Shown: positions 1-7,985 of the stretch, piece by piece | Numbering within the stretch: position 1 is the stretch's first letter | Layout: every line of letters begins with the position of its first letter | Assembly: GCA_050125095.1 (NCBI GenBank) | Contig: JASFEA010000027.1 | Coordinates: 1 to 25,775 of the forward strand | Source of the DNA: a bacterium | Lineage (GTDB): Bacteria; Arandabacterota; Arandabacteria; Arandabacterales; JALGWA01 | Length of the DNA: 25,775 nucleotides | Direction: 5' to 3' | Notes under the pieces: model-generated | Database searches by the model: none | Seen by the model: only the letters and a program-made list of their open reading frames with translations | What the model was told of the DNA's origin: nothing | Translations under genes and position numbers: made by a program

Positions 1-402
1 CATTCGTTCCTGTATCTGAAGTCTGCCGGCAACCGCGTCCACCGCGCGCAGTATCTTGCTCACCCCGACGAGCTTGCCGTCATCGGGAACATACCCCACG
101 TGCACCTTGCCGATGAAAGGAAGCATGTGATGTTCGCAAACGGAAACGAAGCCGATGTCCTTCACTATCACGATGTCCTGCTCGTAGTCGGTGGTCAGCG
201 GGACCAGATACTTGGCGGGGTCGATGCCCATGCCGGCGAGGATTTCTTCATAGAAACCGGCCACGCGCCGCGGCGTCTCAACCAGGCCATCCCTTCCGGG
301 ATCCTCGCCGATCCCTTCGAGGAGAAGTCTTACGGCTTTCTCAACCTTCGCCCGGTCGAACTTCTTACGGCTTTTCTTCGCGGTCCTCTTCTTCGCCGGC
401 AC
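1..402 (-). CDS. folE: GTP cyclohydrolase I, 5' part (runs off the left edge; absent from the ORF track)
   Basis: Manual translation gives ...[28 protein letters not shown]...[29 protein letters not shown]...[22 protein letters not shown], with the FolE GEDP/TPxRV, CEHH and QIQER motifs. GTG at 402 has GGAG 6 nt upstream; alternative ATG at 408. Confidence 0.95.
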   Translation of the reverse strand, partial: MPAKKRTAKKSRKKFDRAKVEKAVRLLLEGIGEDPGRDGLVETPRRVAGFYEEILAGMGIDPAKYLVPLTTDYEQDIVIVKDIGFVSVCEHHMLPFIGKVHVGYVPDDGKLVGVSKILRAVDAVAGRLQIQERM

Positions 403-2527
403 CCGCATCTCCAATCTCGTTGGGCTCGTTTGCCGCTGAACGCGGACCGGCCACCGCTTCCCGGGAAGCAGCCGCATCGCCGCCGCCGGCATCGCCGCCG
501 CCAGCGTCGCCGCCCGGTTCGTCACCCGGTTCGCCTCCGGTCCCCCCGCCGGGTCCGCCACCCGTCCCGCCATCGGCGGCCTTGTCCGGTTTGTTATTCT
601 GCCATTCCCTGGGCGGCCCCAGATCCTCCCCCTTGATTGCCTTCTCTATCTCCTCGCCATCGAGAATCTCACGGTCAAGGAGAGTCGTCGCCAGGGCCTT
701 CAGCTCGTCGATATGTTCTTCGATAAGCCGGGCCGCGCGCTCGCCCGCCTGGTCCACCACACGCCTTACTTCCTTATCGATCAGTATAGCCGTCTGCTCA
801 CTGTAATCGCGGTGCTGGGCGATTTCGCGGCCCAGGAATATCTGCTCTTCCTTGCCGCCGAAGTTCAAGGGCCCGAGCTCCTCGCTCATGCCCCAGTCGC
901 AGACCATCTTCCTGGCAATAGTCGTCGATCGATCTATGTCGGCCTTCGCCCCGGTTGTCATGTCCCTGAAGACGGCCCATTCGGCGGAACGTCCGCCGAG
1001 GAGCACCGCGATCTGGGCGGTGAGCATTCCCTTGGAGAGATTGTGGCGGTCGTCCACCGGGAGCTGCGCGGTGAGTCCAAGCGCCCGCCCCCTCGGCACG
1101 ATGGTCACCTTGTGAAGCGGGTCAGCCTCGGGGATGTAGTATGCAACGAGCGCGTGCCCGGCTTCATGATAGGCTATGCGCTCGCGCTCTTCGTCATTAA
1201 TGAGAAGGCTTCTCCGCTCCGGCCCCCACAGCACCTTGTCCTTGGCCATCTCGAAATCATGCATCGTGACCGTGGACTGGTTGTTCCTCGCCGCGAGCAG
1301 CGCCGCCTCATTCACTATATTGGCAAGGTCCGCCCCGGAAAGCCCCGGCGTCCCCCTCGCGATGGTCCTTAGATCGACGTCGCCGTCGAGCGGGATCTTG
1401 CGGGTATGCACTTTGAGTATGCCTTCGCGTCCGTTGAGGTCGGGCATGTCCACCACTATCTGGCGGTCGAAACGGCCCGGCCTCAGAAGCGCAGGGTCCA
1501 GCACGTCCGGCCGGTTTGTGGCCGCGATGAGAATGACGCCCTCGTTGGACTCGAACCCGTCCATCTCCACAAGCAGCTGGTTCAGGGTCTGCTCGCGCTC
1601 GTCATGCCCGCCGCCGAGTCCGGCTCCGCGGTGACGGCCGACTGCGTCGATCTCATCAATGAATATGATGCACGGCGCGTGCTTCTTGCCCTGGTCGAAG
1701 AGGTCCCTGACCCTCGAAGCCCCGACGCCCACGAACATCTCGACGAAGTCCGACCCCGATATGGAGAAGAAGGGCACGCCGGCTTCGCCCGAGACAGCCT
1801 TGGCGAGCAGCGTCTTCCCGGTGCCCGGCGCCCCCAGGAGAAGCGCGCCCTTGGGTATCTTGCCCCCGAGCTTCTGGAACTTCCTGGGGTCTTTCAGGAA
1901 CTCTATGATCTCTTCAAGCTCCTGCTTGGCCTCCTCCGCGCCGGCCACGTCGTCGAAGGTCACTTTGGGCCTGTCGGCCATTATGAGTTTGGCCCGGCTC
2001 CTCCCGAACGAGAAGGCGCGATTGCCGCCCGCGCTCATCTGCCGCATCAGGAGGACCATGATACCGACGAGGAACAGTATGGGGAGGAACGTCGTCAGAA
2101 AGAGCCCGCCCCAGTTGCTCTTGTCCCCTTTGGCCTTGACGACCGTCTCTTTCCTGACCTCCCAGATCTTGTCGGCAAGGTCGGGGTCTTCCGCCAGCAG
2201 CCAGACTTTGAATCTCTCGACAGCCCTGTCCTCGTCCCCGATCCTGATGACGACCGGCTCGACGAACTCGCCCTGCACTTCCCTTCCGTCTATGAGCACC
2301 GAGGCGATATTACCCTTCTCGATCTGGGTGCTGAACACCTTGAAGTCGATCTCGGGGGCCTCGGGTTCGCGGTTCCAGAGATAGGATACGGCTATAAGGG
2401 TTATGAAGAAGAGCACCACCCAGATAAGGCTGCTCCTCATGCCGCCCCTGTACCCGCGTTTCTCCGGGTCGGTGGGAAGCTCGATCTTGTTCTTCTTGCC
2501 GGGCTTCTGGCCTCTATTCTCGTCCAT
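365..2527 (-). CDS. ftsH: ATP-dependent zinc metalloprotease FtsH
   Basis: Two N-terminal TM segments, Walker A GAPGTGKT, Walker [12 protein letters not shown] ([19 protein letters not shown]), HEAGH zinc motif, Gly/Asp/Glu-rich tail. Confidence 0.98.
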   Translation of the reverse strand: MDENRGQKPGKKNKIELPTDPEKRGYRGGMRSSLIWVVLFFITLIAVSYLWNREPEAPEIDFKVFSTQIEKGNIASVLIDGREVQGEFVEPVVIRIGDEDRAVERFKVWLLAEDPDLADKIWEVRKETVVKAKGDKSNWGGLFLTTFLPILFLVGIMVLLMRQMSAGGNRAFSFGRSRAKLIMADRPKVTFDDVAGAEEAKQELEEIIEFLKDPRKFQKLGGKIPKGALLLGAPGTGKTLLAKAVSGEAGVPFFSISGSDFVEMFVGVGASRVRDLFDQGKKHAPCIIFIDEIDAVGRHRGAGLGGGHDEREQTLNQLLVEMDGFESNEGVILIAATNRPDVLDPALLRPGRFDRQIVVDMPDLNGREGILKVHTRKIPLDGDVDLRTIARGTPGLSGADLANIVNEAALLAARNNQSTVTMHDFEMAKDKVLWGPERRSLLINDEERERIAYHEAGHALVAYYIPEADPLHKVTIVPRGRALGLTAQLPVDDRHNLSKGMLTAQIAVLLGGRSAEWAVFRDMTTGAKADIDRSTTIARKMVCDWGMSEELGPLNFGGKEEQIFLGREIAQHRDYSEQTAILIDKEVRRVVDQAGERAARLIEEHIDELKALATTLLDREILDGEEIEKAIKGEDLGPPREWQNNKPDKAADGGTGGGPGGGTGGEPGDEPGGDAGGGDAGGGDAAASREAVAGPRSAANEPNEIGDAGAGEEEDREEKP
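470..580 (-). repeat. Imperfect in-frame tandem repeats encoding the low-complexity FtsH tail ([33 protein letters not shown])
   Basis: Repeated cgccgcc/catcgccgccg and cccggttcg units on the plus strand; boundaries approximate. Confidence 0.6.
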
Positions 2528-2547
2528 TCACATCACCGTTCTTTATT

Positions 2548-3081
2548 CTACACATCGGGCTTCATTATAGCAATATACGGGAGGTTCCGGTACTTCTGCT
2601 GGTAGTCCAGGCCATAGCCGATCACGAAGGCGTCCGGTATGGTAAAACCCACATAGTCTATGGGAACATCGATGCGCCGCTTCTCTTTTTTATCCAGCAG
2701 CGTCACGATCTTGAGGCTCTTGGGATGCCGGCCGAGGAGGAGGTGGCGGATATAGTCCAGAGTAAGCCCGCTGTCGACTATGTCCTCGACTATGAGAACG
2801 TCCTTGCCTTCGATATTGATGCTGAGGTCCGCCAGAATCCTGACTACGCCGGTGGTGTCCATGCCCCCGTTATAGCTGGATACGGACATGAAGTCGATCT
2901 CGTGGAGCACCGTCAATTCTCTCATGAGATCGGACAGGAACAGCACTCCTCCCTTGAGCACGCTGATGAGAATCGGGACCTTGCCTTCGTAGTCCTTACT
3001 TATGTCACAGGCAAGCTCTTTGATGCGGCCCTGGATCTCGTCTCCTGAAATGAGCACCTTCTCGATATTGGGCTCTTTCAT
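2548..3081 (-). CDS. hpt: Hypoxanthine phosphoribosyltransferase
   Basis: VLKGG, DFMSVSSY, PRPP-binding VLIVEDIVDSGLTL, FVIGYGLDY..YRNLPYI. Start moved to ATG 3081 (MKEPNIEK), which has a GGAGG SD and lies 1 nt after the tilS stop. Confidence 0.97.
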   Translation of the reverse strand: MKEPNIEKVLISGDEIQGRIKELACDISKDYEGKVPILISVLKGGVLFLSDLMRELTVLHEIDFMSVSSYNGGMDTTGVVRILADLSINIEGKDVLIVEDIVDSGLTLDYIRHLLLGRHPKSLKIVTLLDKKEKRRIDVPIDYVGFTIPDAFVIGYGLDYQQKYRNLPYIAIMKPDV

Positions 3082-3082
3082 C

Positions 3083-4504
3083 CTATTGTCCTCCCGCCTG
3101 CCCTTCATCTGGCTGCCGTTCCCTGGAGTATGTGATCTTGACGATCGTGCTCGTCTTATCCGTGACGCGGGCCCTGTCGGCCCGCCTGACGCCCGTTACC
3201 CATATTACGCCGTCGGAGTCGCAAACCAGCGGGATCATTGTCCTGCTGCTCACCGGCACTTTTTCGTCTATGAAAACGTCATGGACCTTCTTGCTTCCCT
3301 TGAGTCCGAACGGGACGAACTTGTCGCCCTCTCTCCAGTTCCGTGCTTTAAGAGGCAGCGAGAGCTCGTCGAAGTCGAAGTAAGCTGACTCCCCGCTCCG
3401 GTAGACGTCGCCGGTACCGGGCTTGTCTTTGAGGATCTCCGTTGTATAAATGTAGCCCGCGCTCTCGACGGCGGTCTCCCCCGGCAAGTCGAGCTGCACC
3501 TCATAGGGCTCGTAGAGCGCGAGGTCCCTTCCGATCACTATGCGTTTGAATTCCTTGAGGGCTATGATTCCCGAACCTATATCGATGCGCGAACCCGACC
3601 TGGACTTCTCGGCCACGTTGAGAAGCGCGGAAAGCGTGTCGTATGAGATCACCTGCGCCTCCTCCTCCATGGCTCTCAGGATCTTATGAAATGTAAAGAG
3701 CTTGACTATCTCCGGATAGGGGCTGAAGACCTCCAGGTTCAATGTGACCCGCCCTTCCTCCGTCTTCACGGCCTCGCGCATGGATTTCTCCACTTCTTCC
3801 TTGAAGTACTCGTACACCATCGAGAAGACGCTGGCCGTGCGTGCCAGCGAGTCCACTATGCCCGGATTGAACTCCTTCTCGATCATCGGAATGAGGACGC
3901 TTCTCACCCTGTTACGGTCGAAGCGCGTGTCGGCGTTGGACGAGTCAGTGCGGTACGCGATCTTCTTCTTCTCGAGGTACGCAGTTATCTCTTTGCGCTT
4001 GGCCTCGATCAGCGGCCGGACTATCCTGCCGTCCATCGCCGGCTTCATGCCGGACAGCCCCGCGATGCCGCTCCCGCGCATGAGGTTTATGAGGACGGTC
4101 TCGGCCTGGTCGTTGGCGTTGTGGCCCGTGGCGAGCTTCTTATACCCGGTTTGCTTCATGACCTCGTCGAGAAAGGCGTACCGGGCCTTCCTGGCAGCCG
4201 CCTCGACCGACAGGCCCTCGTCTTCGGCCATCTTGCCCACATCCTCGCTCGCCGTAGTGAGAGGTATGGAGAGGCTGCCGCAAAGCTCATCCACGAACTT
4301 CATATCCTCTACCGACTCTTCCCCTCTCAGGCCGTGTTCCAGATGTGCGGCGTGAAGCTTGATGCCGTATACGTCCTTGAGGGATTCGAGCATGTGGAGA
4401 AGGGCCACGGAGTCGGGTCCTCCGGAGACCGCCACTACAACGCGGTCACCCCGTGAGAACATTCCGTACTTCTCAATGGTCCTGCGGACAGTTCTGGGCA
4501 GCAT
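3083..4504 (-). CDS. tilS: tRNA(Ile)-lysidine synthetase
   Basis: PP-loop VAVSGGPDS, EAAARKARY, TGHNANDQAETVL, RPL, DSSN..RNRVR, TilS C-terminal domain (KKVHDVFIDEKVP..R..PL); canonical tilS-hpt-ftsH order. Confidence 0.97.
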   Translation of the reverse strand: MLPRTVRRTIEKYGMFSRGDRVVVAVSGGPDSVALLHMLESLKDVYGIKLHAAHLEHGLRGEESVEDMKFVDELCGSLSIPLTTASEDVGKMAEDEGLSVEAAARKARYAFLDEVMKQTGYKKLATGHNANDQAETVLINLMRGSGIAGLSGMKPAMDGRIVRPLIEAKRKEITAYLEKKKIAYRTDSSNADTRFDRNRVRSVLIPMIEKEFNPGIVDSLARTASVFSMVYEYFKEEVEKSMREAVKTEEGRVTLNLEVFSPYPEIVKLFTFHKILRAMEEEAQVISYDTLSALLNVAEKSRSGSRIDIGSGIIALKEFKRIVIGRDLALYEPYEVQLDLPGETAVESAGYIYTTEILKDKPGTGDVYRSGESAYFDFDELSLPLKARNWREGDKFVPFGLKGSKKVHDVFIDEKVPVSSRTMIPLVCDSDGVIWVTGVRRADRARVTDKTSTIVKITYSRERQPDEGQAGGQ

Positions 4505-4605
4505 CAGATTGCTCCGGGGCGAGGAGGAGAACTTACATCGATGCCCGAAAAAGCCCTCAATGTCGGATAGCGCCTCGCCAGGTTGGTTGACCCTGTTGCA
4601 AACAC

Positions 4606-4682
4606 TGGTGGCGGTGCAGGGATTCGAACCCCGGACACAGAGATTATGATTCTCCTGCTCTGACCAACTGAGCTACACCGCC
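4606..4682 (-). tRNA. tRNA with CAT anticodon, most likely elongator tRNA-Met (tRNA-Ile2 not excluded)
   Basis: Reverse complement GGCGGTGTAGCTCAGTTGGTCAGAGCAGGAGAATCATAATCTCTGTGTCCGGGGTTCGAATCCCTGCACCGCCACCA: 7-bp acceptor stem, D arm, anticodon loop ATCATAA, GTTCGAATC T loop, encoded CCA. G1-C72 is paired, so it is not an initiator. Confidence 0.95.
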
Positions 4683-4744
4683 AACAGAAAGGCTGGGAAC
4701 GTAACTCCACCCAAGAAAGGCGGGCCGCGGCCCAAGTTAGCATA

Positions 4745-4773
4745 ATACTAAGAGACCGACTTTTCCCTGTCAA
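4745..4773 (-). promoter_or_regulatory. Sigma70-type promoter for tRNA-tilS-hpt-ftsH-folE
   Basis: Minus strand TTGACA (4773-4768), 17 nt, TAGTAT (4750-4745). Confidence 0.75.
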
Positions 4774-4799
4774 GTGCTATGAACCCCGCTCTTAAGGCC

Positions 4800-4828
4800 T
4801 TGACAGGCTGCAAGTTGTGGAGTAGCTT
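4800..4828 (+). promoter_or_regulatory. Sigma70-type promoter for the lipoprotein/OMP cluster
   Basis: TTGACA (4800-4805), 17 nt, TAGCTT (4823-4828); back-to-back with the tRNA promoter. Confidence 0.6.
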
Positions 4829-4860
4829 GTGTGTGCTTTTTAAGTATTGAGAGGAGCTGG

Positions 4861-6069
4861 ATGCGCCCGACGGAACGGCTTGATATAGCAGTAGTTACCA
4901 TGTTTGCGGCGTTTCTTGTCCTGCTCGCCGGGTGCAGCGAAAGGGCCGACTTCAAGGTAACAAACCTCGTGCCCGACTCTCTTCTGGTCTCCGATACCCT
5001 CGATGTCGCCCAGGCCGGCTGGTACAACAAGGGCCGGGCGGCGTCGGGCATGTGGCAATCCGAGCGTATGGTAACCGCCAACTGGCATGGCTACCAGTCG
5101 AGGTCTTTCCTCAGTCTTTCGCGACCCGACACCGCTTTCGAGCTCCAGTCGGCCGAGCTCTATCTGTACGCCACCCGCATCGAAGGCGACATGGCCTCCT
5201 CCACGTTCGAGCTTTACACTCTCGCCGACTCCATTCTGGCAGGCGACATCTACTGGAGCGAAATGCCGCAGCCGGACGAGCTCCTGGCTACGTTCGCTCT
5301 TCCGGACCCCGGCCCGGGGGCGATAGTCGAGGACTCCGTGTTCGTGGACATAACTACGGTTGTAGCCGAGTGGATCAGCGGTGAGTCAGACAACTACGGC
5401 CTGGTGATGAAACTCGACTCCGAGGGCACGGCGGCCGAGGCAATAGCCGAGTTCGGCACCTCGCAGTCGAGGAACAGGCCGGTGGAGGACGACGAGGGAG
5501 ATACCACCCTGGTCGACGTCAGGCCTTCGATGCGAGTCGCATACCGCGATACGGCGAATGACGCCGACACCACGTTGTGGTACCTCCCGGCAAATGACAC
5601 ATTCAGCGACACGCTGGTCACGCCCCTCGGGGGTTCGCTGCTGACGGTGGGCAACGGGTTCCCGTCGCGGGCTTTCATAGAGTTCGATCTCGGCGCCATA
5701 CCGGAAGGGTCGAGGCTTTCGAGAGCCGTGCTCGAGCTCACCGTGTCGGCCGATTCGTCCTCTTTCGACGAGATCTCAGTAATCTGCCATGCCGCTCTTG
5801 AGGCATGGAACGGCTTCGATACCGACATAGGCGGACAGGGAGTCGGGACCACGACGCTCAGCCGGGAGGACTTCGAAACCGACGGCGTCATACGAATGGA
5901 GATATCCGAGCTCGTCATCCCGCAGGTGGGCGGCGTCGTGGCCAACCACGGCTACGTGATCAAGTCCACCAAGGAGGCATTCGATCTCGACTACGTCAGG
6001 TTCCATGCCACGCCTAGGCTGATGGTGTACTACGCCCTGCCACCGGAACCGTGGTACCGGAGGGATTGA
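4861..6069 (+). CDS. Acidic lipoprotein with two tandem DNRLRE/CBM96-like beta-sandwich domains
   Basis: GAGGAG SD before ATG 4861; lipobox LLAG-C; duplicated pattern RSFL..SAELYLY..VDIT..V..W..NYGLVMK..PSMRVAY and RAFIEFDL..RAVLEL..MEIS..V..NHGYVIK..PRLMVYY. The domain name is an inference. Confidence 0.65.
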   Translation: MRPTERLDIAVVTMFAAFLVLLAGCSERADFKVTNLVPDSLLVSDTLDVAQAGWYNKGRAASGMWQSERMVTANWHGYQSRSFLSLSRPDTAFELQSAELYLYATRIEGDMASSTFELYTLADSILAGDIYWSEMPQPDELLATFALPDPGPGAIVEDSVFVDITTVVAEWISGESDNYGLVMKLDSEGTAAEAIAEFGTSQSRNRPVEDDEGDTTLVDVRPSMRVAYRDTANDADTTLWYLPANDTFSDTLVTPLGGSLLTVGNGFPSRAFIEFDLGAIPEGSRLSRAVLELTVSADSSSFDEISVICHAALEAWNGFDTDIGGQGVGTTTLSREDFETDGVIRMEISELVIPQVGGVVANHGYVIKSTKEAFDLDYVRFHATPRLMVYYALPPEPWYRRD

Positions 6070-6072
6070 GGC

Positions 6073-7308
6073 ATGAAGCGGATCGTCACATGCGCAGCTC
6101 TCGTCGCCGCCCTCGCCGTATCCGCAGCCGCGGACTCGGTGTACGACCTCAACGCGATGGGAAGGGACGTGATCCCCTCGACGGGAATCGGTCATTTGCT
6201 CGCAGGCGCCTCCATAGCCAATCCCGACATAGTCTCTTCCTATATCACGAGCCCCGCCGCTTCCGCCTTCGCCGAGAGGGTGGTGGTCACGGTGGGCGTT
6301 GTCCACCATACAGTGAGCTCGAGCTACACCGAGCAGTCACTTGCAGCCCTGGGATCTACATATAAATACGAAGGCGCCGGCAGCCAGCCCCTGAGCCTGA
6401 GCAGCGCCAATACCGTGTTCCCGGTAGCGACCGCCGTCGTGCCGCTGCGCGTCGTCAAAATCTTCTCGGGCTATTTCGTTGAGAAGATGGGCCGGGCGCA
6501 GCTTACGGCGGAGGGCACGGCATACGGCAACATCTCATTCAACGCTCTCTATGACAAGGAATCATCAGTGTTTTCAATCCCGCTGTTCCTGTCGGCGGCT
6601 TACAAGAAAAGGCTGGCCGTGTCAGGCGGCATCGTGTTCTCCTACCTCGATTCGCGCGAGACCAGGGAGATAGACTACAGGTCTGAAGTGAATGAGGACA
6701 TTGTCGATGCCGTGGACATGTACGCGGCGGGAACATCATGGGCGATCGGAGCCCTGCTGGATTTCGACCACGTTCGGCTGGGAGGCAGCTACCGGACGGG
6801 GGCCGATATGAGCGGAAAAGAGGAGTACAGCACGGATGTGTCCGACATCTGGAAGTCGCGAGACGTGGACATCTCCGCCCCGGGCTGTTTCAAGATCGGC
6901 GCCTCGGTTGTCACGAAATCCCTCGCTTTCGAGCTGGACTACGAGACAAGCCCCTGGTCCAAGCTCAAGCTGGGAGATGAGTACATCTCGATGAACGAGA
7001 TATACCGCTACTCGCTGGGAATCTCATACACGGGAACCTACGTGTGGAACGCCCGGGATTATCCCCTCCTGCTCGGGTACTACAGGCAGCCCCTGGACCG
7101 GCCAACGGATGAGGTTCCCGAGACAATGGAAAACGGGTATCTGGCGGGAACATCCATTGACATTGCAGACGGCCGGGCGAGCGTAATCCTCGGCCTAGAA
7201 TACATTACACGAGAGACTGACGGTGTGCCGGAGCTCCACGAAGAGTCCTTCGGGTTCTATATCTCCATCGCGGCCAAGGAGGTATGGAGGAGGGCGCTCA
7301 ATCGCTAG
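6073..7308 (+). CDS. Putative outer-membrane beta-barrel protein (FadL/OmpP1-like)
   Basis: Sec signal MKRIVTCAALVAALAVSAAA, N-terminal hatch-like segment (ANP...SPAA), alternating amphipathic beta-strands rich in Gly/Tyr/Phe, C-terminal ..ISIAAKEVW. Confidence 0.6.
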   Translation: MKRIVTCAALVAALAVSAAADSVYDLNAMGRDVIPSTGIGHLLAGASIANPDIVSSYITSPAASAFAERVVVTVGVVHHTVSSSYTEQSLAALGSTYKYEGAGSQPLSLSSANTVFPVATAVVPLRVVKIFSGYFVEKMGRAQLTAEGTAYGNISFNALYDKESSVFSIPLFLSAAYKKRLAVSGGIVFSYLDSRETREIDYRSEVNEDIVDAVDMYAAGTSWAIGALLDFDHVRLGGSYRTGADMSGKEEYSTDVSDIWKSRDVDISAPGCFKIGASVVTKSLAFELDYETSPWSKLKLGDEYISMNEIYRYSLGISYTGTYVWNARDYPLLLGYYRQPLDRPTDEVPETMENGYLAGTSIDIADGRASVILGLEYITRETDGVPELHEESFGFYISIAAKEVWRRALNR

Positions 7309-7412
7309 GCCCGCCGGGCTATCCGGTTCGGCACCGGGAGTCTCCTGCAGAAATACTCCGGGCGCCGACGTCTAAGACGATAACCAGCCCCTGGAACAAG
7401 GAGGTCACGCTG

Positions 7413-7886
7413 ATGACGCGCAATAGGACTCTCTCCATAGCCATGCTGCTAGCGGCCCTTTTCCTTCTCCTCCCTCAGGCGGCGGGGGCGCAGCAAGAAC
7501 CATTCAAGTGGTACGGCGTCGGCGGCGAGGTCAATGGGTCCAGAAGATGGCTGGGAAGGATAGGTATCACCGAGAACGTCGGGGCAGAGGTGCTCTTCGG
7601 GCTCAACTGGGAGTCGGAGGGGCATTCCGACTACACCGTCGGCGCGGGGGTGATCTATGACTACGCCCCCACATCGGAGATCACGCCCTATACCATGTGC
7701 CGCATAATCGCCAACAGGTGGGACAATGACGAGTCCAAGACCAGCCTGGGCTTCGAGGTGGGCGGCGGCGTTGAATACGTAATAAAGAGGCGTATCGGGC
7801 TGAGCGCCGAGCTCAATTTCAACTTCAGTTTCGACCCGTCCAGAATCATGACGACCACGCTCCTGAGGGCCTATTTCTACCTGTAG
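7413..7886 (+). CDS. Small outer-membrane beta-barrel protein (about 8 strands, OmpW/porin-family-like)
   Basis: AAGGAGGT SD before ATG 7413; signal peptide ending AGA-Q; strands GAGVIYDY, ITPY, FEVGGGVEY, GLSAELNF; aromatic C-terminus RAYFYL. Confidence 0.7.
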   Translation: MTRNRTLSIAMLLAALFLLLPQAAGAQQEPFKWYGVGGEVNGSRRWLGRIGITENVGAEVLFGLNWESEGHSDYTVGAGVIYDYAPTSEITPYTMCRIIANRWDNDESKTSLGFEVGGGVEYVIKRRIGLSAELNFNFSFDPSRIMTTTLLRAYFYL

Positions 7887-7985
7887 GAGCCGCCAGAGAC
7901 CTTCATTTCTGAACACTTAAGGTCTTACCCCATCTGGCCGAAGTACATACTAGGTACTCAACAGGAGTATTATGCCGAGCCTTCA

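Noticed and set aside
100-4456. Long plus-strand ORFs (for example 100..636, 713..1372, 1406..2605, 3686..4456)
   Set aside because: Antisense shadows of folE, ftsH and tilS, as expected at high GC; no recognisable motifs.
4504-4773. 89-aa minus-strand ORF upstream of tilS
   Set aside because: It runs through the tRNA and starts within the -35 box.
4808-4822. CTGCAAGTTGTGGAG in the plus-strand promoter spacer as a second LexA box
   Set aside because: One base shorter than CTGCAC-N4-GTGCAG, with a mismatch in each half.
7284-7412. N-terminal extension of the small barrel ORF
   Set aside because: The strong SD and signal peptide indicate a start at 7413.
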